This document shows, in pieces, positions 50,768-59,817 of a DNA stretch of 64,000 nt; positions within the stretch are counted from its first letter, which is position 1, and every line of letters starts with the position of its first letter. The notes under the pieces are model-generated. The model searched no databases and was not told the DNA's origin. It saw only the letters and a list, made by a program, of their open reading frames with translations. The stretch spans positions 768,001 through 832,000 of the forward strand of contig CAVUAK010000001.1 of assembly GCA_963739455.1 (NCBI GenBank), given 5' to 3'. The DNA is from an uncultured Gemmatimonadales bacterium (GTDB taxonomy: Bacteria > Gemmatimonadota > Gemmatimonadetes > Gemmatimonadales > GWC2-71-9). The position numbers and the translations under genes are program-made.

Positions 50768-51358
50768 ATGACGGAAGAGTCAATTCACCATCCCGGCGCC
50801 GATGGAGCCACCCTCCTCGATGCCGGCGATCTCGACGACCTGATCCCCCCACACATCACGACGCGGCGGGAACTGAACGAGTGGGAGCAGGCAAACATCT
50901 TTGCCGCCCTGCCTTGGCTTGGCCGCTCCAGGAACATCTTCACCGACCACTTTGTGCGGTCCCTGCACGCCCGAATGTTCGGGCAGACCTGGAAGTGGGC
51001 CGGACAGTTTCGGCGCGCCAATACCAACATCGGGGCCCACTGGGAACAAGTCCCGATTCTGGTCCGGCAGCTCCTCGCCGACACCGAGCACTGGATCGCG
51101 CACACCACTTACAGCCACGACGAGATCGGCGCCCGCTTTCATCATCGGCTCGTGACAATCCATCCCTTTCCCAACGGCAACGGGCGCCACGGCAGGTTGA
51201 TGACTGATCAGTTGATGCGGTACCTGGGCGATCCGCTTTTTACCTGGGGCTCCGGGTCCCTGGACGCCGCCGGTACCGCTCGCACCCACTACCTCGAAGC
51301 GTTGAGGGCCGCCGACCTCGGGGACCATGCCGCGCTGCTCGCGTTCGTGCGAACGTAG
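50768..51358 (+). CDS. Mobile mystery protein B (Fic domain)
   Basis: ELNEWEQANI, LH.RMFG..WKWAG.FR, IHPFPNGNGRHGR. Confidence 0.9.
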   Translation: MTEESIHHPGADGATLLDAGDLDDLIPPHITTRRELNEWEQANIFAALPWLGRSRNIFTDHFVRSLHARMFGQTWKWAGQFRRANTNIGAHWEQVPILVRQLLADTEHWIAHTTYSHDEIGARFHHRLVTIHPFPNGNGRHGRLMTDQLMRYLGDPLFTWGSGSLDAAGTARTHYLEALRAADLGDHAALLAFVRT

Positions 51359-51469
51359 CCCAACCCCCACTACGCCCACCCGCCTTACCCGCCCTCAATG
51401 AGCCGTTAGGGGCCAAGACTGCGCCCTGTATATCAGAGCCACCACGTCTTCCCCCATCAGGAGTAGGCC

Positions 51470-52402
51470 ATGACCCGTTCACCCGCCTTGCATGCTGCCG
51501 TCGCAGCGGCGCTGTTCCTCGCCGCCTGCGGGGGTGACGACAACAGCCCGCCGCCGAGCGAGAACACGACCCAGGACTACATCACCGCCGTATCCGCCAC
51601 CGTGGGAGCTGCGTCGGCACGGACCGGTCTGCCCCGGTTCGTCGATGGGATCAAGCTCAAGCCCCAGACCGTGCAGCGCTTCTCGCTGGTAATGCCTCCC
51701 GTAACGGCGGTCTACTACCCGGGCACGCCGCCCGCCTCCAGCGGCGGATTGACCGCCCAGGCCACACCCAACAGCACACCGCTGTTGGGCCAGCCGTTCC
51801 GCTACCTCGTGGCGGCATCAGGCGCCTTCACCATCGTCTACCTGGCCGTCGACGACCTGGACGGATACTGGCAACTGACCCTCCCGTCCGGCGTGGACCA
51901 GCTCGAGCTGGTGATCACCCTGGCCAATACGCCACCATCCACCGATTTCCAGTTGCGGTCGATCCTGGGCTATGAGGGAGGCGTGAGCCAGCCGATCACC
52001 CTGCGGGTGCAGCCGGGCGACCTCTCCCAGTCGGACATCGCGGCGACGCTCCGGTGGACCGGCGCCAGCGACGTCGACCTGCACATCATCGACGGCAAGG
52101 GTCAGGAGGTCGCCTGGGACAGCCCGACGACCCCGGAAGGCGGGCGACTCGACCTCGATTCCAACCCCGCCTGCGAGATCGACAACGTCAACCAGGAAAT
52201 CATCTCGTGGCCGGCTGGCGGGGCTCCCGCAGGTGGCTATCGCGTCTTCGTGCAGTACTACGATGACTGCGGTATTCCGTCGAGCGCCTACAACGTGACG
52301 CTGGCCGTCAAGAACCGCGCGGTGCAGACATTCTCCGGAACGTTCACCGGAGCTGGCGGTCCGGCAGTCGCGGACACCGTCGCAAGAATTACCTGGCCGT
52401 AA
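51470..52402 (+). CDS. YfaP/DUF2135-like lipoprotein
   Basis: LAAC lipobox; W...DVDLHI, GGRLDLDSN..C, E.I.W, YRVFVQYY. Confidence 0.75.
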   Translation: MTRSPALHAAVAAALFLAACGGDDNSPPPSENTTQDYITAVSATVGAASARTGLPRFVDGIKLKPQTVQRFSLVMPPVTAVYYPGTPPASSGGLTAQATPNSTPLLGQPFRYLVAASGAFTIVYLAVDDLDGYWQLTLPSGVDQLELVITLANTPPSTDFQLRSILGYEGGVSQPITLRVQPGDLSQSDIAATLRWTGASDVDLHIIDGKGQEVAWDSPTTPEGGRLDLDSNPACEIDNVNQEIISWPAGGAPAGGYRVFVQYYDDCGIPSSAYNVTLAVKNRAVQTFSGTFTGAGGPAVADTVARITWP

Positions 52403-52485
52403 CAGGCAACGATCACGGCGGTAGAATGTCAGGGGCGGCAGGCGCAGTGCCTGCCGCCCCGTGCCATTGGCGCTAGCTTTCCCCC

Positions 52486-52866
52486 ATGATCTCGAACCTC
52501 CACAGCATCGCCATCTTCGTCTCCGACATCGATCGCGCCCTCGCCTTCTACCGCGACACGTTGGGCCTCCCCCTCATTCGGCAGGGATCCTTCGGCGGCG
52601 AGTTCCTCGAGGACGCCCCGCACCTGGGCGTGCACCCCGCCGTACATCCCGAGGCGAAGAAACTGGTCGGCCGCGAAACCGGCCTCACCTTCCACGTTCC
52701 CAACCTGGTCCATGTGGCTGGCATCCTCCACGATCGCGGCGTCACCTTCGTCCGCGAACCCACGAAAATGGGCTTCGGTGTCATGGCCATGATCGCCGAC
52801 CCCGACGGCAACATCTTCGCCCTCTGGGACGACGAGACACCGGAAGACGACCACGCCCATGGCTGA
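52486..52866 (+). CDS. VOC family protein
   Basis: IFVSDIDRALAFYRDTLGL, ADPDGN. Confidence 0.9.
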   Translation: MISNLHSIAIFVSDIDRALAFYRDTLGLPLIRQGSFGGEFLEDAPHLGVHPAVHPEAKKLVGRETGLTFHVPNLVHVAGILHDRGVTFVREPTKMGFGVMAMIADPDGNIFALWDDETPEDDHAHG

Positions 52867-53924
52867 ACCACGCCGGCACTTCGCCAGCGACAACTGGGCT
52901 GGCGTGCATCCGGAAATTCTCGCAGCCATTACCGCCGCCAACGCTGGCCACGCGCCGAGCTACGGCGATGACGCCATCACCGCGCGCGCCACGGCGCGCA
53001 TCCAGGCCCTCTTCGGCGCACCCGTCGCCGTGCAGTTCGTCTTCAACGGCACCGCCGCCAATGTCCTGGGCCTCGCCTCCGTCCTCGAGCCCTGGCAATC
53101 CGTCATCTGTTCCGACGTGGCCCATCTCGAGGTAGACGAGTGCGGCGCCTGGGAACATCACGCCGGCAGCAAGCTCCTCACCGTCCCCACCACCGATGGC
53201 AAGCTCACGCCGAAATTGGTGGAGTCACGTCTCACCGGAATCGGCGACGTGCATCGCACGTCAGCCCGCCGCCATTTCCATCACCCAGGCCACCGAGTAC
53301 GGCACCGTCTACACCGTAGACGAAATCGCCGCACTCGCCCGGCTCGCACGTGAACATGGCCTGCTGCTCCACATGGACGGTGCCCGTCTCGCGAATGCCG
53401 CTGCCTCGCTGAACCTCCCGCTCGGCGCATTCACAATCGCCGCCGGTGTAGACATCCTGACCTTCGGCGGCACCAAGAACGGTCTCCTGGGTGGCGAAGC
53501 CGTCATCTTCGCCGACTCTGAGCGCGCCGCGAATTTCGGGTTCGTGCGGAAGCAGGGCATGCAGCTCGCCTCCAAGATGCGATTCGTCGCTGCCCAGTTC
53601 GAGGCCCTCCTCACCAATGATCTCTGGCTCCGGAGCGCTAACCACGCCAACCAGATGGCGCAGCACCTCCATGAGAGGGTTCGAGCCATTCCCGGGGTAG
53701 AGGTGACACAGCGGGTGCAGGCCAACGCAGTCTTTGCGCGCATCCCGACAGCAGCCATCGCCCCCCTGCAGCAGCGCTTCAATTTTCTCCTCTGGAATGA
53801 CCGCGCGTCGGAGGTTCGCTGGATGACCGCGTTCGACACCACCGCTGAAGACGTTGACGCTTTCGCCGCCGCCATCGCGCTCGAGCTGGGCCGCGTCAAT
53901 TCCGCCGCGGGAGCGGTGCGATGA
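52859..53924 (+). CDS. ltaE: Low-specificity L-threonine aldolase (apparent frameshift near 53260)
   Basis: FASDN, YGDD, GTAAN, HMDGARLANA, FGGTKNG, LASKMRF. Confidence 0.88.
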
Positions 53925-54685
53925 ACGCCGCGTGGGACACCCTCTGCTCCATCTGGTCATGGTTTGTGCTCGGCGCATCCATGCTCGTCTGGCTCCCGCT
54001 CATGGCCCTGATTCGCCTCTTCACCAAACGGTCCGATCCCGGCCGCTACTGGGTTGGCTACATGTTCCGCCAGCTCGGCGTCCTCATGGCCACCCTGAAC
54101 CCGCTCTGGCAGTTCAGGATTTCCGGCACCATGCCCAAGGACCCGCGTCGCCCGTACCTCGTCGTCTCGAATCACGAATCCTTCGTGGACATCCTGCTCA
54201 TCAGCCACCTGCCCTGGGAAATGAAGTGGCTCAGCAAGGCTGAACTCTTCCGCATTCCCGTGCTCGGCTGGCTCATGCGCCTCGCTGGAGACATTCCCGT
54301 CGATCGCGGCAATCCCCGCTCCGCCGCCGAGGCGATGGTGCGCTGCAAGGAGATCCTCAAGCAGAAGGTCTCGGTCATCATCTTTCCCGAGGGCACTCGC
54401 TCGGAAACAGATGAAATGCTGCCGTTCAAGGACGGCGCCTTCCGTCTCGCCATCGATGCCGGCGTTGACATCCTTCCCCTCGCCGTGAGCGGTGCCGCGA
54501 CGGCACTCCGCAAGCACGACTGGCGACTTGGGCGGTCGATAGCAGAAGTGAAGGTGCTCGAGCCGGTGTCCACGCAGGGCTTGGCCCGCGCCGACATTCC
54601 CGCCCTGCGTGATCGCGTCTGGCAGATGATTGCTGCGGAGAGGGACCTGATGCGAGGTCTCCAGCGGGGAACTGCGGCCAGCTAG
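53921..54685 (+). CDS. plsC: 1-acyl-sn-glycerol-3-phosphate acyltransferase
   Basis: NHESFVD, KAEL, FPEGTRS, PFKDGAF. Confidence 0.88.
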   Translation: MNAAWDTLCSIWSWFVLGASMLVWLPLMALIRLFTKRSDPGRYWVGYMFRQLGVLMATLNPLWQFRISGTMPKDPRRPYLVVSNHESFVDILLISHLPWEMKWLSKAELFRIPVLGWLMRLAGDIPVDRGNPRSAAEAMVRCKEILKQKVSVIIFPEGTRSETDEMLPFKDGAFRLAIDAGVDILPLAVSGAATALRKHDWRLGRSIAEVKVLEPVSTQGLARADIPALRDRVWQMIAAERDLMRGLQRGTAAS

Positions 54686-55941
54686 CGCTTCTGCACCGTG
54701 AAATCGCCGGGGCGTTTCCCCGGCACCACAACCCACCCTGCATTGAGTGTCACCCGCCACCCGGCGCCGCTGATGCCATCAGCACCCGGCGCCGCCACTC
54801 GCGCCTCGCTGAAGCTGGAATTCACCATCGCCCCGCTCGAGTCGGCATCCAGCACGCCCCACCGGTCACTCAGCCGGAATGGCCGGTATACCGTGCCTAC
54901 GCCGGGGAGCGGTTCAACCTTGTTCGGGTCGAACGACATGTTCATCTCCGCCAGCGGCAACCGGAGCGTGGGTCCGCTCACGTAGCGGAGTCGCAGCGAA
55001 TCCTGCTTCGCCACCTGCGCGGCGTACTGCGCCCGCTCGGTCGCCTCGATTTCCGCGAGGCCGTACGCCGCAAACCGGGCACCATCCTGGGGCACCCCGA
55101 CGGTATCGATCCCCATCGCCGCGGCCGCCATGTATGCCAGGTCGCTCCCGGAATTGACCCTCCGCCGCCATCCCGGGTCCACGATGTCCAGCAGCAGTGC
55201 CCACGCCGTTCCTGTGGCATAGGGGAAGGACCGCATCAGCGAGCCGCCCTGCTCCAGCCGTGACAGTCGCTCGCGCCCGACCCGCAGGCGCTCACTCGGC
55301 GCCACGACCACAGCGATCCCGGTGTACTCCGCCAGCCCCTCCGTCAATTCCAGCGGTCGCTCGGTGCTGTCACTCCCCGGCAGCGCCGCTCGGCGCCGCT
55401 GCCGTGCAGCGAATGCATCGGCCATCGCGCGCCGCTGCGCTGGACCCGACGACGCGAGCGCCGCACTCAACGCGCGCCCTTCCACCTTGAGCCATGTGCG
55501 CCCGGCCAGTGTGGCGAGCTGCGGATTGTCGGGAGACCTGAGCGGAATTCCAAGGCGCGCCTGCACTGAGTGCCACACCTCGTGCATCAGCAGGATGCCG
55601 CGCTCGATGGAATCGGCCGGAAGCGGCATCAGCACCATCGCCCACGCGCGACCGCCCCAGCGCATCGCCGTGTTTGCCACCTGTACGCTGTCACCCAACC
55701 TGGCGGTGTAGAAGCCCTGCTCACGCACCATGAGCCCCGCGCTATCGGCGACGGTGCCCAGGGCCTGTCGCGAGCGTGGATCGACAACCAGTAGAGGAGT
55801 GGTGAGCGGTATTCCCCAGAGGCGACCGTCGTCACGCGCCGCGTACGCGGCCGCTTCGCGCGTCGCGCGGGCCGCAAGCGCGGTATCACCCGCCGACTGA
55901 AGCGGGCTGCCGAGGGTCAGGACTATGAAAAGGGAGAGCAT
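54682..55941 (-). CDS. Secreted protein with gluzincin-like zinc motif
   Basis: Signal peptide; HEVWH and downstream EGLAEY. Confidence 0.65.
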   Translation of the reverse strand: MLSLFIVLTLGSPLQSAGDTALAARATREAAAYAARDDGRLWGIPLTTPLLVVDPRSRQALGTVADSAGLMVREQGFYTARLGDSVQVANTAMRWGGRAWAMVLMPLPADSIERGILLMHEVWHSVQARLGIPLRSPDNPQLATLAGRTWLKVEGRALSAALASSGPAQRRAMADAFAARQRRRAALPGSDSTERPLELTEGLAEYTGIAVVVAPSERLRVGRERLSRLEQGGSLMRSFPYATGTAWALLLDIVDPGWRRRVNSGSDLAYMAAAAMGIDTVGVPQDGARFAAYGLAEIEATERAQYAAQVAKQDSLRLRYVSGPTLRLPLAEMNMSFDPNKVEPLPGVGTVYRPFRLSDRWGVLDADSSGAMVNSSFSEARVAAPGADGISGAGWRVTLNAGWVVVPGKRPGDFTVQKR

Positions 55942-55985
55942 CTAGAGAGAAATGCGCGGGAGCTACTGATAGTCGCGGCCAGCGA

Positions 55986-56106
55986 GGCGGGTCGGGGTGG
56001 TCCCCCCGAGACCACCGTCTGCGGCGGCACGGACGCAAGAGCCTGGCTTTGCGGAGGTATTTCCAAGCCGCAGCGGGTGGTCGAGAGGGGACCACCCCGA
56101 CCAGCC
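55986..56106. repeat. REPIN-like nested palindrome
   Basis: Two about 40-nt inverted arms, each containing GGTGGTC-N7-GACCACC, separated by a 41-nt spacer. Confidence 0.7.
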
Positions 56107-56128
56107 TGCGCGCCCCGCGCCCTCGCGC

Positions 56129-56865
56129 CTACCTGCGTCCGAACTCCGCGTCCGCTTCAGCAGCCGCGGCCTGCAGCAGCGCGACCTTGCCCGGATCCAC
56201 CGCTCCACCCGTCACCCCCACCGGCGTCCGCCCATACAACTGCTCGAACAAGCTCAACGCCGCGAGATACGACCCCATCAGCGCCGGGTGAAACCCGTCA
56301 CTCCCATACAACTGCAGCGATTCATCCCGCCGCCATGCCGCGCGCCACGCCTCACCGGCGGGCACCAGGATCCCGCCCACCGCTGCCGCAGCATTCGAGT
56401 ACGACATCCGCACCGAGTCCCGCGCCGCGGGACGAGTCGACTCCGGCCACACCATGAGCAGTGCCACGCGTGCACCATGCTGCCCCGCGAGCTCCGCAAA
56501 CTTGCGCGTACTCGCCAGCAGGTCGGCCTGGCTCTCCGGCAACGCCGACGGTCCCTGCTGCAGTACGACGATATCCCAGGTCGCCTTGCCGGATCATCCC
56601 CTGGGCGGCACCCTCGGTCCAGTGATCCCCCAGCGAATAGCCGCTCGCGGATGACACGACCCACCACCAGCGGGGCGGCATCCGTTGATGCGGCCACCTG
56701 CGCCGTCATCCCTGGAAGGTCGTTGTCGAAGGTGAGACTGTTGCCGACGAAAAGCACGCGAAGCTGCGCGCCCGAGAACGGGGGAGCGGGTTCATTGTCG
56801 CTGCCGCAGCTGACCAGCAGCAGCAGGCACAGGGCAGAGCCTCGTACTCGGGGCAGAAAATGCAT
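56129..56865 (-). CDS. SGNH/GDSL-like hydrolase lipoprotein (apparent frameshifts near 56645 and 56580)
   Basis: LVSC lipobox, VLFVGNSLT, VPAGEAW, DGFHP...GSYL. Confidence 0.8.
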
Positions 56866-56949
56866 GCGGTCGCAGGGAAGGGGATTCCTTCCCTACGACC
56901 GCACCACAACCTCAGTTTCCTCCCCGCCCTCCCCGCCCTCCCCGGCTTC

Positions 56950-57201
56950 TTACGCCGCAGTCTTGCCCTTCGTAAAGAGCCGGTAGACCAGCAGCAGCAC
57001 CACCGCGCCAATCGTCGATGCAATGAACCCCGCCGCCTGCCCATCCTGGTAATGCCCGATGCTGCGGCCCAGGAACGTGCCCACGAATGAACCCGCGATG
57101 CCCAGCAGGATGGTGATGATCCACCCACCCGGATCCTTACCCGGCGTCAGGAACTTCGCGGCCGCACCGGCTAGAAACCCGATCAGGAGCGTATATAGCA
57201 C
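56950..57201 (-). CDS. GlsB/YeaQ/YmgE family membrane protein
   Basis: IGFLAGAAAK.L.PG.DPGG...TILLGIAGS.VG. Confidence 0.9.
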   Translation of the reverse strand: MLYTLLIGFLAGAAAKFLTPGKDPGGWIITILLGIAGSFVGTFLGRSIGHYQDGQAAGFIASTIGAVVLLLVYRLFTKGKTAA

Positions 57202-57263
57202 AAGTACCTCTCAAGAAGGAAAATTGAATGTGCGCCGCGGTGCGCCCGACCGCAAGCAACGGC

Positions 57264-57860
57264 CTACTGACGACTGCCTGCGGGCTGCGACTGCGACGCT
57301 CCAGCGTCTGCCTCCAGCGCTGGTACCCCCTCAGGCAGAGCAGCAGGAAACACCCATATAGCACCGCGGTCGGCACCAGGTGCTTCGTCCAGTATACCCC
57401 GATGGCAATCACATCGATCGCGGCCCAGAGGAGCCAGTTCTCCAGGTACTTCTTCGCCAGCATCCACTGTGCTACCAGGCTGAACGCGGTGATGCCCGAA
57501 TCCCAGTAGGGCAGCGCCTGGTCGGTGTATCGCCGCAGCACCGTCCCCAGCACCACCGTCCCCGCTGCCCCGACCGCCATGCATGCCGCGAGCACCCGGG
57601 ACGGAGTCCGGCTCACCTCGACCCCACCCTTGTCCTCGCCCCCGCGCACCCACTCGTACCAGCCGTAGAACTGCAGCACGAAGTAGATCACCTGCAGTCC
57701 CGGCATCCGCGTAGAGCTTTACCCGCGCGAACACGGCGAAGTAGAGCGCCACCATGACCGCGCCGACCGGCCACCCTCGCCAGTCCTCGCGCACGTTGAG
57801 CCACACGCTGACCAGGCCCAGCACGGCCGCAACCCACTCGACCCCATGCATCATGGTCAT
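57264..57860 (-). CDS. pnuC: PnuC family nicotinamide riboside/vitamin transporter (apparent frameshifts; 3' end uncertain)
   Basis: WPVG, LYAD..LQ, YGWYEW, PYWDS, AQWMLAKKYLENW.LW..ID; indel near 57700. Confidence 0.85.
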   Translation of the reverse strand: MTMMHGVEWVAAVLGLVSVWLNVREDWRGWPVGAVMVALYFAVFARVKLYADAGTAGDLLRAAVLRLVRVGARGRGQGWGRGEPDSVPGARGMHGGRGSGDGGAGDGAAAIHRPGAALLGFGHHRVQPGSTVDAGEEVPGELAPLGRDRCDCHRGILDEAPGADRGAIWVFPAALPEGVPALEADAGASQSQPAGSRQ

Positions 57861-58780
57861 TCTGCCGCTCGACCCAGCGCCGCCGGCGCCCTGACACCGC
57901 CAACCAGGCCGGCCAGGAGCAGGAGCGTCAGCACATAGGGAAGCACCAGGAAGAGCTGATAAGGCACGGGGAGACCCATCGACTGGAAGACGAACTGCAG
58001 GGCAGTGGCCCCGCCGAAGAGTAGTGCCGCGCCCAGCACGCCCACCGGATGCCAGCGGCCCAGCACCACGATCGCGATCGCGATGAATCCCCGGCCCGCC
58101 GTCATTCGCTCGGCGAACGTGCCCACCTGGGCCAGCACCAGCGTGCCGCCCGCGAGGCCCGCAAACACTCCGCCGGCGAGTGTCGCCCCGAACTGCAGCC
58201 GCCGCACCGCCACGCCAGCCGCGCGCGCGCGTTCGGGCGACTCCCCAACGGCGCGCAGAGCCAGCCCGGTGCGAGTCCGGAACAGGAACCACCAGCAGAG
58301 TGGGACGGCGACCAGCGCGATGTAGGTGGTCACTGGCTGGTCGAACAGCGCCGGGCCGAGGAACGGCACCCCTGCGAGAGCCCGGGAATACGCACCGGCC
58401 CCAGTGTCGGCAGCGACAGACCCGCACCCGCCGATCCGAATGCCGCCTGGTACACTGCACCCGTCAGCCCGACGGCAAGCAGTGTCATGGCCGTTCCGGT
58501 GATGATCTGGTCCGCTCTGGCGCCGATCGCCACCAGCGCGAAGACCATCGCGATGGCCAGCCCCGCCGCCGCGCTCGCTGCCAGTCCCGCCCACGCCCCA
58601 CCACTCGCCGCGCCCAGGGCCGCTGCGAGCGCCCCGGAGAGCATCGCGCCCTCGATCCCGAGATTGATCACGCCACCCCGCTCCGCGAGCATCTCGCCCA
58701 GCGCTGCCAGCAGCAGCGGCGTCGCGATCCGCACGGTGGCGGACGAGGAACCCGTCGATCATCCCGGTATCGAGCATCAT
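57857..58780 (-). CDS. Nucleoside-type ABC transporter permease (apparent frameshifts)
   Basis: TPLLLAALGE..AERGGVINLGIEG.M, LRAVGE, GRGFIAIA..V.G.W, PYVLTL. Confidence 0.88.
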   Translation of the reverse strand: MMLDTGMIDGFLVRHRADRDAAAAGSAGRDARGAGWRDQSRDRGRDALRGARSGPGRGEWWGVGGTGSERGGGAGHRDGLRAGGDRRQSGPDHHRNGHDTACRRADGCSVPGGIRIGGCGSVAADTGAGAYSRALAGVPFLGPALFDQPVTTYIALVAVPLCWWFLFRTRTGLALRAVGESPERARAAGVAVRRLQFGATLAGGVFAGLAGGTLVLAQVGTFAERMTAGRGFIAIAIVVLGRWHPVGVLGAALLFGGATALQFVFQSMGLPVPYQLFLVLPYVLTLLLLAGLVGGVRAPAALGRAAE

Positions 58781-59817
58781 GCCATCACCACGTCACGACG
58801 GCGTGCGCAGAATGTATCGGCCAGCAGCACTGCGATGATCGTCACCGCTTCCGCCACGTACACCGCCACCGCCGGCACCCCGACGTCGCGCTGCATCGCC
58901 CCGGCTCCCGCCTCGAGCGCACCGAACAGGATTGCACTCGCGATAATGCCAACGGGAGACTGGCGCGCCAGTAGTGCCACCGCGATCGCGGTGAACCCGT
59001 ACCCCGGCGACAGGTTGGGATAGAGCGCGTAGCTCACGCCACCCACCTCCACTCCGCCCGCGAGCCCCGCGAACGCGCCCGACACCAGCAGCGCCATGGC
59101 CCCGATGCGCTGGACGCGCAGGCCGCCTGTCACTCGCGCCGCCACTGGTCCCCGGCCGACCGCGCGCAACTCGAAGCCGAGCATCGTGCGGCGGAACAGG
59201 TACCACACCAGGAGGCAGCAGGCGAGCGCAATCACGATTCCGAGGTGCAGTCGCGTCCCCGGCAGTACCGGCAACCGCGCGGAGATGGGCAGCTGGTCAC
59301 TCTGCGGATAGATGTGCTGCGACTCCTGCAGCGGACCCTGCACCATGAAGCTCACCAGCGCTTCCGCCACGAAGTTGAGCAGCAGGGTGCTGATCACCTC
59401 GAGCACACCGAATCGGAGTCGCAGCCAGGCCGGCACTGCCACCCACAGGGCACCCGCCCCGAACGCCACCGCCAGTACCAGCGGAATCGCCGCGATCGCC
59501 GGCCACCCGCCGAGCTTGAGACCGATCCACGTCGCCGCAATGGCACCGGCATAGAACTGCCCCTCGCCCCCGATGTTCAGCACCCCGGCCCGGAGACCGA
59601 TGGTGAAGCCGAGCGCAATGAGCATGAGCGGGATCGCGCGCAACAGCGTTCCCGACGTGAAAGCGTACCAGCTCCCGAACGCGCCGCGATACATGGCGCC
59701 GAGCGCGGCCACGGGATCGTAGCCGCTCGCCGCGAAGAACAGCGCGAGCACCGCGAGCCCTGCGCCCAGCGACAGAATTGGCAGCAGTGCGCCGGGCGCG
59801 CGCGCGCTAGAAGGCAC
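58777..59817 (-). CDS. Nucleoside-type ABC transporter permease
   Basis: LNIGGEGQ, EVISTLLLNF, GYGFTAIAVALLA...P. Confidence 0.9.
   Translation of the reverse strand: MPSSARAPGALLPILSLGAGLAVLALFFAASGYDPVAALGAMYRGAFGSWYAFTSGTLLRAIPLMLIALGFTIGLRAGVLNIGGEGQFYAGAIAATWIGLKLGGWPAIAAIPLVLAVAFGAGALWVAVPAWLRLRFGVLEVISTLLLNFVAEALVSFMVQGPLQESQHIYPQSDQLPISARLPVLPGTRLHLGIVIALACCLLVWYLFRRTMLGFELRAVGRGPVAARVTGGLRVQRIGAMALLVSGAFAGLAGGVEVGGVSYALYPNLSPGYGFTAIAVALLARQSPVGIIASAILFGALEAGAGAMQRDVGVPAVAVYVAEAVTIIAVLLADTFCARRRDVVMA

Noticed and set aside
50130..51420. Complete IS or integrative element around the mobile mystery pair
   Set aside because: No transposase, integrase, terminal inverted repeats or target duplication recognised.
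52432..52460. 12-bp hairpin as an intrinsic terminator
   Set aside because: The stem is real, but there is no U-tract on either strand; role unclear.
55986..56106. SRP RNA or 6S RNA
   Set aside because: No SRP domain IV (CAGG...GGAA...AGCA) signature; short for 6S and lacking its large central bubble. An Rfam scan would settle it.
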